A DNA stretch of 64,000 nucleotides from Fimicolochytrium jonesii (taxonomy: Eukaryota): positions 248,001 to 312,000 of the forward strand of contig NW_026515691.1 of assembly GCF_025526975.1 (NCBI RefSeq), given 5' to 3'. This document shows, piece after piece, positions 37,344 to 49,469 of this stretch. The notes below the pieces were generated by a model that saw nothing but the letters and a program-made list of their open reading frames with translations, had not been told where the DNA came from and searched no databases. Position numbers and translations under genes: made by a program. Positions within the stretch are counted from its first letter, which is position 1, and every line of letters begins with the position of its first letter.

Positions 37344-38184
37344 ATGACCCAACTCACTCGTCCCCACTCCCCCCCTTCCAAACCCCGATTGTATCGTACT
37401 CTCCAATGTCCGCATGCTCAGGTTTGGCACCTTCTTTGGTTCTGGATTTTGCTCGCAGACTCTTACACCTTTGATTTTGGTATCAGCGCGTCGCGTGGGC
37501 CCTTCGATCGCTTGGCATCGACCATGAGATTGTGGAGATCGATCTCGCCAACAAGCCCGAATGGTACCCTGAGGTCAACCCTCGGGCCACGGTTCCGGCG
37601 CTCGAACTTCCCGATGGCAAAGTCTTGATTGAGTCGTCTGAGATTGTTTACTACTTGGAGGAGGCCTATGGGTCCGGGTTGGAGGGCAAAAGTCTGCTCA
37701 GCAAGGGACCCGTTCGAGCGCTATCAAACTCGCATCACGATCTGTACATTTGCGGACAAGGTGTGCATCCAGTCCCAATGATTCTGACTGTTTCCATTGC
37801 CCGTCGAACCGGGATTTCTAACCGATACGGATTTTTCAAACCCAGTTCTCCTCGGCCTACGGCGCCTTCGTGCGCAACACCGACCGCACCAAAAAAGACG
37901 AAATCCACACCCAGCTCCTCTCTGCTCTCAAAGACCTCATCAACACGTTCCCGGCCACAGGCCTTCCCAGCAAACTCGCCATCATCCACATCTTCCCCCA
38001 TCTCTGGAGGTTGAACGTGGTGGGCCCCTACTGGCGTGGTTTGGACATTCCGAAGAACAAGGATTTCCAGCCTTACTGGAATTTGGTGGAGGCTGCTAGC
38101 AAGGATGAGGGGTTTTTGAAGACGAGGCCTGAAGAGGAAGACACTATCAAGGCGTATGGGAAGTGGTATAAGGAGAGGATTTGA
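37344..38184 (+). CDS. Glutathione S-transferase, omega-like, 3 exons
   Basis: CPHAQ|RV active-site motif, IDLANKPEWYPEVNPRATVPAL and LIESSEI. Confidence 0.9.
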
Positions 38185-38583
38185 GGTGGGTGGGTCAGGG
38201 GGACTTGGATGGGTGGCATGTTAGCTTGGATTTGATATCGTAGCGTAGTGAGGGGGAGTTTTTGTTCAATATACAGTACCAATGATCCACCATGTCCATC
38301 AGTTGCCTGCCAAACGAGACATCAAGACTATGCAGTATTATGAGGACCGACTCGAAAGTGAGAAATTGCAGCGGAGGGTGTTGCCACTTGGCCGCGAGTC
38401 CCAAATGTCCGCGATAGATGACTTCGACGCGAGCGTGACCCCAACAACCAAGCGGTACAGACCGCTAACAGCTTCAGGAATAGCGCAGACCGCTAATCGC
38501 TTCACGAATCCTGCGCTCTCCGTTCAGGCGGCGAACCTCATCCTCACCCCACTCCCACATTCAACCCCCCTCCAACCCCCACA

Positions 38584-39899
38584 ATGACAACCCCGCCGGA
38601 GCACCCCTACTCCACCCTAACAAACCTCTCCTGCGCCTCCCTCCGCACCCACATCCTCTTCGCAACCGACGACTTCTTCGCCCCGGCCGAGCTCTTCCTC
38701 AACCCCTCCCCACCCGCATTCGACCCCACAACATTCACCCCGTTCGGCAAACAAATGGACGGCTGGGAAACGCGTCGCAAACGGACCGCAGGGCACGACT
38801 GGTGTATTATCCAACTTGGCCTGCCGGGGATGATTCATGGCTTTGAGATCGATACCGCGTTCTTCACGGGCAACCAGGCGCCCGGGATCTCTGTGCAGGC
38901 CGCTGCATTCAAACCCGGTGAAGGCGGTGTCTCGTCATTAGTCCGGCGAAGCGAGATCGGCACCGCGTGCACATCCTCAGAGTTACAAATCGCCGAAAGC
39001 GTGGGATCAGATGGATGGGAGGAACTGGTACCTTACACGCCGCTGGGGCCGGGGTACGAGGCGACGCGGTACCATTATGTGGAAAGTGGGAACAAACGGG
39101 CCAGGTTTACGCATCTGAGGGTGAACTTGTTCCCGGATGGGGGCGTCGCGCGGTTTAGGGCTTACGGGGTTGTGAGTAAGGATTGGGAGGCGGTGGGGAG
39201 GGGGGAGGTTGTGGATTTGGCGCATGTTGAGAATGGGTATGTTGACTGTTCAGGGGAATGCGTGATGTTTGGCAGCTGCTTTGGTTGCTGGTGGGGAATC
39301 CTGACCGAAGGACTTACATTTATTTGTTTTTAGCGGCCGTGCCGTAAGCTTCTCCAACGCCCACTACGGCCACCCCCGCAATCTCATCGCCCCCGGGCGC
39401 TCGCTCACCATGGCCGGCGGCTGGGAGACCGCGCGAAACCCGGACCGACCGCGAATCTACCAGCACGACCCGCAGACGGGGCAGCTGATCATCCCGGGAA
39501 AACACTGGGCGATACTGGCGCTAGGACATGCGGGGAATGTTGCGGAGGTTGAGGTTGATACACATTTGTTCAAAGGGAACTTTCCGGAGAGTGTTGTTGT
39601 CGAGGTATGGTCAAAAGCGCTCCCATCTTCATCAGCGTTCCTTTCAATCCACCTTATTCCGATGTTGAAACTTCCAGGCCGCGGACATTGCACCAAGCGA
39701 CGCCCATCTGGCCACCGAAAACAGCTCCTCAATCCCCTGGTTCACTCTCATCCCACGCACGAAACTAGGCCCGCACGCGCAGGTGACATTCGGCGTAGAG
39801 GACGGCAGTAAGGCAAAAAGAGTGACGCATGTTAGGGTGACGATGTTTCCGGATGGCGGGATCAGTCGGGTTAGAGTCCGGGGGACCGTTTGTGCTTAG
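38584..39899 (+). CDS. DAL2: Allantoicase, 3 exons
   Basis: Two allantoicase repeats: ATDDFFA...DGWETRRKR..GHDW...DTAFFTGN...PDGGVARFR and GGWETAR...DTHLFKGNFP...PDGGISRVR. Confidence 0.96.
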
Positions 39900-40031
39900 A
39901 ACAATAAATAGGGTTGATTCTATTTGGTGGGGCTACCGTAGGCCTAGGTGCTGCTACAGCAATTCACTACCAATCTATATCACATATCACATATCACACC
40001 CTAAACCGTCACTCCCTCTATTCCAACATCC

Positions 40032-41021
40032 CTAAGCCTTCTCAATCTCCTTAACCTTCCCCTGCAGTGCCTTATCCACCTCCCCCACCCACCTCTTCGT
40101 CCCCTCCTCCACACTCTTCTCCGCCCTTCGGATGTAATCCTCGCCCACATGTTTCATCTTCTTCACCTTCCCCCTTGCATCGCTCCTAACATTACGGATC
40201 CGCCCCCGAGCCTTCTCGGCGTCGGCGGAGGCGCGTTTGATGAGGGAGTCTTTGTACTCCTGCGTCAGTTTGGGGATGGGGACTTTGAGCACGCCGGGGG
40301 AGTGCTTCTGCGGGTTGAGGGCGAGGTCGGAGGTGCGGATGGATTTGTCGACTGGGGATGTTAACTGATCATTGTGGGGGGTGAGATGGGTAGAGAGGGA
40401 GCGGTATGTTTTGTATTTCTTGTTTGATGGGACGGGCTTACCTCCTCCTCGTTGAGTATAACCATCAACGTATGCGCGTCCTTCACATTCACCTGCGCCA
40501 ACTGGCCCAGCGGGACCCGTTCGCCTTTATGCGATACCATTACTGCTTCCAACAGCGCTGAAAAGAATCACAGTCCATCAATCACCCCTTCGCTCAGAAA
40601 TCCCCCCCTCTCTGTGATAATCCCACAAACCTGGATTGACCCTCCCAATCCGCACAGCATCCAGATCCACCACAAACCGCTTCACCTCCCTCTCCATTGC
40701 TCTATCAAACACATCGATGTCGATCTCGGTCTCGGTTTCGGTGCGGCTGGGGAGAGAGGCTTCGTCGAGGTCGTCGTCGAGGTCCTCGAGGGCGTGCTTG
40801 CCCTTTTTGGATGCGGACGCTTTGGAGGATTTTTTTTTACTGGCGTAGTGGCGGCGGAGTTGGGTGGGCAGGCTGGGGAGGGGGTGGGAAAGGGCGGGCC
40901 GAAGGGACGTGGCGGAGAGGGGGGTGGTGGTTAGGGAGCGGAGTGTGGGATGGCGGACCGGGGACACTGCTTTTGCGGCGGCGGCTGTTGCTGCTCGTCG
41001 GATGTGGCGGGTGCAGTGCAT
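40032..41021 (-). CDS. RRF1: Mitochondrial ribosome recycling factor, 3 exons
   Basis: Arg/Ser/Ala-rich presequence ending RRHYASKK, then RIGRVNP, PLGQLAQV, LKVPIPKLTQE and RIRNVR. Confidence 0.9.
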
Positions 41022-41343
41022 CTTGGCGGCGGACGGGTGATGGTGGCAGGTGAAGGTGGGTGTGCGATGTCGGTGTACTGTGCTTTTGGCAACCAGAAGT
41101 TGCGTTGGCCGAGAAAAGAACGGAAAAGGCGCAAGACGCACGCGTTTGAGTTCGGTGTTGCCGTCCAACTCACAAGACTCGCCCCCCAACCGCCCATCGA
41201 CCCGCTTCATCCCGCTTCCATCTAAAGCCTTCTTCACTCACTACACAGTGGTAAGTGCTGAAAAGGGACCGCAACTCTGTCCTCGTTCAAGCGTCTTGTT
41301 AAATACTGACACTCTCCCAACTTCTCAGTCCCCACGAGCCGCC

Positions 41344-42464
41344 ATGTCACCACCACCGCACGCCAACTCCGCCGAACCATCTTTCGATGCCCTGCACATC
41401 ACCACACCCCTCTGGACCTCCTCCGTCGCAGCCCGGCGGCTAGGCGTGGGCAACGTGTACTTCAAGATGGACGCGTTGCAGCCGGGGGGAAGTTTTAAGA
41501 TTCGTGGGATGGGACGGACCGTCTCCCGCGCGGTGGAGCGGAGGCCCGGATTGACGACTGTTGTTTCTTCTTCTGGAGGGTGAGGACCACGAAAGGGGCG
41601 GTACGGGCCTTTGAGCGGGACGCTACGTGAGGGATGGAAGTTGAGTTCCAATTTTTTGGGTTCGATAGAAACGCAGGACTGGCAGTGACACTCGCCGGCC
41701 GTGCTTTCGATCTCGCGGTCCAAGTCTTCGTCCCCAGCACAACCCCAGCCTTCATGATTACCCGCATCCAAGACGCCGGCGCCACCGTCACCGTCAAAGG
41801 CTCAGTCTGGGACGAAGCGCACGCCGCCGCCGTCGACTACGCCGCCACCCTCGGCGAAGCCAAAGCGTTACTCGTCCACCCGTTCGAAGGCGAGGACACC
41901 CACGAGGGACATAGCACCCTCATCACAGAGATAAAAGACCAGTTACCACCCTCCGTCGTCCCCTCCGCGGTGATCTGCGTCGTCGGCGGCGGCGGCCTCC
42001 TCTGCGGCGTGCTACAGGGGATCCTCACAGCCTGGCCCACCGCCCCGCGGCCCGTGGTCGTAGCCGTCGAAACACACGGCGCGCACGCCTACGCCGAAGC
42101 ACTGCGCGCAGGCACGCCCGTCCCGCTCCCGGGAGGTATCACCTCCATCGCCAAATCCCTCGGCGCGCTGCAGGTCTCCTCCAGAACACTGACCCTGCGC
42201 GACCAGTACGGTCCGGCGCACGTCCGCTCGCAGGTCGTCACCGACACGCAGGCCGTGCAGGGACTCCTGGCCCTCGCGACCGAGTTCCGCGTGCTGGTGG
42301 AGCCGTCATGTGGCGCGGGCGTGGCGCTTGTGTATGAAGACAATCTGTTGAAGACGGTGGTGCCGGAGTTGGGGAGCGAGAGCAATGTGGTGGTGATTGT
42401 GTGTGGCGGGTCGCTTGTGACGATGGAGTCGGTGGATATTTGGAAGAAGATGTTTGGACTTTAG
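41344..42464 (+). CDS. CHA1: PLP-dependent L-serine/L-threonine dehydratase, 2 exons
   Basis: KMDALQPGGSFKIRG (PLP lysine), SSGG|NAGLA, VGGGGLLCG, SIAKSLGA, LVEPSCGA and IVCGG. Confidence 0.93.
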
Positions 42465-43415
42465 GATGGGGGTGATATGGGGTATCATTTAGATAGGGCA
42501 CGGACCCCGGTTTGACAAGCAACGATGTAAATACGTGCAGATCAAATGTTCTTTTTGTACTGTGGATATGACACGTAGAGATTTGAATACTTCAGCCTGA
42601 CAGAACCCCGTCGAAACCCCGCCGCCCCACGTATCCAAATTGCGTGAATGGATATCTTTGCAGAACCGGTCCTCGTGGAGGCTTGATCGACCGTCGTATG
42701 GGAAGCATCCCACAAGCTGGTGTTGGGGGTTTCCGTTGGTTGACGGTGTTGCGGGCGGCATTCCTGTCGAAAAAGAGACCACGAACAAACAATGGTCAAT
42801 CAATGACACCCATTGACTTTGAAACAAAAAGAACATGTAAACAAGGCACCATTGATTGCAGTTACAATGAGCAGGCCATCAACGGTCCATTGTCACCCTA
42901 AAAAAAAGGGAATGCCATCTCTGACAAAGCCTCGCGCATCGCGGATAGCGGGCATTGAGTGACCCTAGCCAGGGTTGAAAAACGAACTCCGGCGTTTTGG
43001 AGACAAGGACGCCATTCAATTCATTCAAGACCTCGAAAAAAAAAAATCACGTCAAAGTACATTCATCGGGTATGAAGGCTTTGAACACCGATTGTCTTCA
43101 TGAAAAAAAAAAAAGACGGCCAAGGACAATCGCCCGAATTGCCTAACCAACAAAGACCATTCAGAGAAGAGCATCTCCTCAACACTGCACACCACATCAG
43201 TGCTTCCACGGGCGTGATGAAACAGAATATCATAGTGCTAACAATGATCCCAGAACAGATTCAGATTATCTACATACTATGCGATTCTACCCTACGAGGA
43301 AGCCGCGAACGATTCCTTCTATATCTGTGAAAATGTCCAAGAAGCACAATACCAGCTTGTGCCTTCCCATCGTCCCTCCACCGCCCCCCGATACGCGAGC
43401 ACGCAACAACTCCCC

Positions 43416-45536
43416 CTACACAGTCTGCCTCACTCTCGCCCTCAACCGCCCCACAAACGCCTCCACAGCCTTCCTCTGCCGTTCATCCTCCCCCTCCCCA
43501 TCATCCGCAGCGGTCCCCACCCCATCCCCGTACTTGTCCTCATCGACGTGGCCCCCACCCGCGGTGTACACCGTCCGCTCCGGCCGCGGTACACTCTCGT
43601 ATTTGACGACGTTGGTGGCGTGGGCGGACCGCCAGGTGCGCAGGGTTGTGGTGAGGCGGGTGAATTCGGCGTGGAGGTACGGGGCGACGCGGAGTTGGGT
43701 CAGGGCGTCGTCGGTCGTGCCCAACGGCAGTGGGTTATGGCCGTCCATCTCTGTACCCTCCCATCGCGCAACAAGCACGTCCAGTTCATCCCCCGGTATG
43801 GGTTGGACGCCCACGTCTTCGACTAGCGCCGCTAGTGCCGCACAGGTATGCCGGCAGTTGGTTCCGCGGAGTGCCGCGGTGAACTGCCGATCGCGGTGGG
43901 TGAGGTGGATGGGTGTGGCGAGTAAGTGCGCTGGGGCATCCGCGCCGTCCGGGAGCGACAGGAAGGCGTCGAGGACGCGGATGATGAGGGCTTGGTTCCC
44001 TGATACGCCTAGAAGTGTTCGGAAATCATCAGCGGTTGCATGTTTTGGGGCCGCAAGCTACCGTAACCCCGGCCCCGAAAACAGAAAACAGGGCACACCA
44101 TACCCTCAACCCCATCAAGCGACCACCCCTCAAACCCCTGCGCATGGCTCAGCCACGTCTTGCGCGAGATGTGCTTTTCGGTGATATGGGTATAGAAATG
44201 CTTGAACGCGACTCTTAACGCGGCGTTGGCGCGTCGGAGATGGACCAGACACCCGATAGTGTCGCGCGTGTGGAGGCAGGCGGCGGCGAGGGCGAAAGAC
44301 CGGTACATTGCGAGGGCCTGTTGATTACGGGGGGGTGGTTTGGTCAAGTCCCATGAACGAGTGATTGTGCGAAATGTGAGATTTCCGATGTACATACCCT
44401 CTTCTCCATCTCCCACGGCGTAAGCACATGAAATCTCTCCGCACTACTACACACCCGCGGCAACTCCCTCGTCGTCCAGTGCACAATCTCCCCGTCCCCA
44501 CCCGCAGTCTTTTCAACATTGCAGTACAGCAACGCAAACAGCGTCCCCGCGACCTGCTCGCCCAGTCCATAGTACTGCGTGTGCAGGTACCTTACGGGGA
44601 CCAACAGCTGTTGTGGGATCTCGAGGGTCTTCTCGGCTTGGGCGATACGCACGATGGGGATGGTGCCCCATCTGTATGCGTGGGCGAGCCAGGTGAGGGT
44701 GCTGAGGATGAAGTTGAGGATGCGGCGGGTGGTGTAGATCAGTTCTCTGTCGCCGTTGAGCGGGTCGGTTTCGGCGATGGTGCGTAGGGACTGCAATGTG
44801 GTTAGGACGGCTTCGAGGTCGGGGATGTCGGAGGTGAGGCGATTGTCCATCCATGTGCGGAATGCGCGGATTTTTGCGAGGTTGACTTTGTCGTCGAGGT
44901 CGGGATGCTCCACGGCTAGGCGGGGAGGTACCTCGTTCGCGAGTTCAAAGTATGGGCGGAAAACCTCTGTTTTTTGACAAGGATATGTTAGCTCCTGCAG
45001 CTTGTTCTTGAAAGGCAGGAATCATGCTTCGATCGTATACACGCACCTGGATACTCATCCGCGTGTTGCGGGCTGAACGGATTCAGGGCTTCAGGAGGCC
45101 ATGTACCAGCACCATCCCGATCAATCAAGTCGTGTAAAGCATTGACGAGCGGCGAGGCAGCGACTTTATGCAATGCATCGTCGAGTGTTGCGATGATCTT
45201 GGGAGAGAGGACAGGAAATGCCGCAGATGTGCACGGAGGTGCCTCAGCGGTCGATCCTGATGCTGGCAACTCCTCGTCAACAGTTACGCCTCCGTCAATA
45301 CCTTCCTCAACAATCTTCCCAGAAGCAGCCTCCCGCCCCTTCCTCAGACACCACCATGCAGAAAGCGCCACCAAGAAAACAGCAAACGCAACGGCGTTAA
45401 CATTAGCGGCGGGGTTGGGCGTCCAAGCGGGGTATGTGTGCGCCGGTGGAATCCCGCAGCCTTGCAGGGAGCCTGGGATGGGCTCGATGCCGGGCGAGGC
45501 GGAGAGGGAGGAGCAGGCGTTGTGGGCAGCCGTCAT
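43416..45536 (-). CDS. Indoleamine 2,3-dioxygenase-like heme protein (divergent type) with an N-terminal hydrophobic segment, 4 exons
   Basis: LAHAYRWG, LLYCN, GVSGNQ...LDAFL, WRSAH (candidate proximal His) and TAGG occur in IDO-fold order. Confidence 0.7.
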
Positions 45537-47595
45537 GACCTGTTTGGTTTGTTGAAGAGCGATTACTTGATATTACTTTGATGTCTTTAAAACCGCCGTC
45601 GCTGGCGTAAGTGATTGAATGCTTTCGGCAAGCGAAATAAGCTTTTGAGCTATGCAGGATTGGCTGGAGATACCTCAGAAAACAAGCGACAAGCAGGACA
45701 TCACAGGAGGACGGACTCTTTTTCTGAGCGACCGCCGCCGCAACCCCACGCACCTCCGACCACAGGCCTCATAAGTACATAAATACCACCATCACGCAAA
45801 GGCGTACGGCTGATGATACATTCACGGCAAAGGTGTACGGAAAGGTGTGATACATTCGGTAGAATGGATATTATAGTTTTGATATGATGAAGCCCTAGGG
45901 CTTAAAAGTCGGGCGTGCGGAGTGTGCGGGCTGCAAGGTTTGGTGTGAGTGAGTGCACGACGTCCGGCGGCAAACGTTCGCCCGCATGATCCCCAGCCCG
46001 GTACCGCGGTTTCGTCTTATATCCGAGATTGCGGGAAGAGCGCCTGACCCGGTACTGAGAATCGTTGTGGATGAAAAGCAACTGCGCAATGACGTCATGC
46101 GTCAATTTCATCCGACTTGATCAGTGAATGGTGCTAAGATCAAGTGATTGTGCATGACTATCGACTGTTGGACAACCACCGGCAAACCTGTTTCAATACC
46201 GAACTGCCCTTGGTATGGGGTCGAGTGCATTGTGTTTCCGATGAATTTGCCTTCAATGCCTTGTCTGTTTTTTTTTTCGGAAGTGTTGCTGATATGGAGT
46301 AACCACATGCCCACCCGACTTGGCGCGAAAACATTATCCACGTTTTTTATGGTTGGGTGATTACATAATGCTGTCGAAGGGTTGTCAATATGTGCTGTCG
46401 TCTGTCCTTTCATTTGTACAGTGCATTCCAGTAGGCACACGATATACACTTGCGAAAACAGAACCTGGGTGCAAAATACAGGATGCTTTTGCGGCTTGGG
46501 TCATTTTATAATGTCTGCCATGTACCGTTCTCAGAAGTGCTGTTTGTCGAAGTTTGATCTACTCATGTTTGCATTCGCCGGCTGCCAAATCTTTACTGCT
46601 CTGTCGTTGCTTTGCCATCTATTTCTCTGCGGTGAATAGAAGGGTATGGGGCGCATTCAGGGTCATAAACACCCGAGGAAATGTTTTTGGGTCGGAGCAG
46701 AAGTTGAGGTTTCCGAAACTTTTTTTGGATGTTTTGACAGTGACAGTCGGTTTAATGTCGCTGCTTATGTAAGATATTGCTGGAAACAATCTTATGTAAG
46801 CAGATAAGTCACGCTGGAGCTCTTCTGTGAAGACGCGCTGGGTTTAGCTGCGAATGTGCCTTGGCCAACCCAGTTTTAGACCCAGAAGATTCCTCGGAGG
46901 AGGATTCCTTGGACTGGGATTCCTTGGACGGGGAATCCGTGGACTTGGCTTTGCCTTTGCCTTGCGTTCTCTCTTGATTAGCAGAGAACTTCGGTATCGC
47001 TCGTAGGCTGCTCGTTTGGCTGTCGCGCTGCTCGCCGCAATTGCTTGCTTGGCAGCATTCGACAAACATACACACCGAGAAGGCTCTGGTCAGTCAATGG
47101 CCGGTCATCCTGCAACAGACTTCCGAACCCGAACCCTCGCGTCTATATGTAAGCCAAGGTGAGGTCCGAATCCGAAAGATGGGATGTGAAATGTCCCAAT
47201 GTGCCTGGCGCTCTTGAGAGACGCGTTTGTCATCAATGTCCTCCGAAAGCTCCGAGGAGTGCGAAACACACCAAACCATGAAATTGCGCAAGCCTTGCTC
47301 CAGTCCCTTATATAGAATACGGGAACTGCGGTAGGTCCGAGTAACGGAATCCGAGCCGACGCCACAAATGCGAGAGCGGCTACGACGGGCATCTATCTAT
47401 GTATGATGCGTGGTTTTCGCAATCCCGAGCGAGGGTTGATTAGTCAGCGGACGCCGCTGCGATGGGCTGAGCGTCGGCTAGCACGCAATGTGCTGTGTAG
47501 CAGGCGGCTTTGGCAATGCCGGTGGGTGGCAGAAGGGGGGACTGTGATAGTGCTATGCTACTCGGGCTCTTGCTGTCGCTCTTCCACTGCCCGTC

Positions 47596-47602
47596 TATAA
47601 AA
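47596..47602 (+). promoter_or_regulatory. TATA box of the NmrA-like gene
   Basis: TATAAAA about 130 nt upstream of ATG 47730. Confidence 0.55.
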
Positions 47603-47729
47603 GGAGGGAGGTGGTCGCCCAAGTCCGTCTTTCTTTCCATCAACCAACTTCTACGATACCACTACATCCGCATTCCAATCCTTCAACACCCACCCATATT
47701 CCATTCGTTCGATTCCATTGATCCTCAAA

Positions 47730-48817
47730 ATGAGCAATTCCGGAACAATAAAGAACGTGCTCATCATCGGCGTAAGTATTCCTTGCAGCATCTGCAATGG
47801 CTTTTGATGCATGCAGGGCTTGCTGAGTGCTCACCTCCCATCCCATCCTCCAGGCCGGCGGCAACCTCGGCCCCTCGATCCTGACCGCCCTCCTCTCCGA
47901 GCCCAAATTCGTCGTCACGGTGCTATCTCGTGAATCATCCACATCAACTTTCCCGTCCGCCGCCCAGGTGATAAAGATCCCTAGCTACGACGACAAGGCC
48001 GCCCTCATCAAGGCCTTCACTGGCCAAGACGCGGTGATCAACGTCGTCGCTGGGTCCGTGTCCCGCGCCGCGCAGAACCGCATCGCGGACGCCGCCGCTG
48101 AGGCTGGTGTGAAGCGGTACATCCCGAACGAGTTTGGCAGCGAGACCCGCAACCCTGCTGCTTGGGCGTTGTTGCCGATATTTGAGGACAAGTATCTGCA
48201 GACGAAGCATGCGGCTGACTTGGCTGAAAAGCATCCTGGGTTTACCTGGACCAGCGTCATTACAGGCGGGTTCTTTGACTGGGTAGGAATCTGCTTTTGC
48301 AAATATCCCAGGGCCCCCGTGCTCGATTCAGAATTGCGATGCTCATGACCCATTCTCCCTCACACCACAGGGCCTGAAAGTCGGTTTCTACCGGTTCGAC
48401 CTCAAGCAACACACCGCATCCATCATCGACTCCGGCAACGCCCAAGCGACCGTCACCACACTGGCTCGAATCGGCGACTCCATCGTCTCCATCCTCCTCC
48501 ATCCCGCCGAGACCGCCAACAGGTACATCTATACGCAGAGCTTCAACTATACCCAAAACGAGCTCCTCGCCGCCCTCGAGAAGCACACCAACGCCAAATG
48601 GACGGTCACACACGCGAACTCTGACGAGCTGATCAAGTCGGGCAAGGCGGCGCTCGCAAAGGGGGATTTCAGTGGGTTCCAGGATATTATCCTCGCGTAC
48701 AATCATGGAGACGAGGCTCATGCCAACCATGAGAAGGGCGTCGCTGAGTCTCGCGCGATCTTGGGCTTGCCCAAGCAGGATTTGGACACGGTTCTGAAGG
48801 AGGTGCTCAAGGCTTAG
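47730..48817 (+). CDS. NmrA/isoflavone reductase-like NAD(P)-binding oxidoreductase, 3 exons
   Basis: NVLIIG|AGGNLG Rossmann motif, GQDAVI, AGVKRYIPNEFG and TGGFFDW|GL. Confidence 0.93.
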
Positions 48818-49469
48818 ATCTGTAGTTCTATAAATCTAGACCTTGGCATGCTTTGTTGCGGACTTGGCGACTTTGCGACTTTGCGTACTCAGCTATGCTG
48901 TATAGCCGTGCGTTGACGCAAGCCCAATACCTTCTCCCGTTGTACATAACTCATTGAATTCACATCTTTCATAATGATGCTAGTCGCGGTTGGCTCAACT
49001 TGTCATAAGTATCAATGCCGCTTGTCTTTTCACATCAACCGAAGGATATTCAGAATCGGATTATTCTGTGCGACCAGGCGTGTAGAAAGCAAGAGGAAAA
49101 CAAAAAGCCTTCCGACTCGCCATAGTTCTCAGACGGAGTTGGTCCCCCGATACCCTTGCAAGCCTAAAACTTCCTGATTGTCTCCAAAGCTTCCACTTCC
49201 TCTGGAACCGCGAAAAGAGCGATATTAAGATCATCGCGCCGTCTCGTGCGAAAAACGAACCTGTCGTCGGCGCATACGTCTGTACGTTCTGAGCTCGCAT
49301 GGGCGGCAGCCCCACGTTACTCAAGTCACATTGATCAGAAGAATGCGGACTCTTGTAGACCAGACACGCGTCATTTATTATGGCACGACTCATATGTACA
49401 ATCTATAGTTTCTTTTGATGATGCGAAGTACAGAATCTTCTCAGGCTCAGTCTACAACACGAGATGCTT

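Noticed and set aside
42500..43330. Retroelement tail suggested by A-runs
   Set aside because: The short A-tracts lie between convergent 3' ends, with no target-site duplication or RT remnant.
38584..45536. Nitrogen-catabolism cluster (allantoicase, Ser dehydratase, IDO-like)
   Set aside because: The pathways are unrelated, RRF1 interrupts the group, and I saw no shared regulatory motif.
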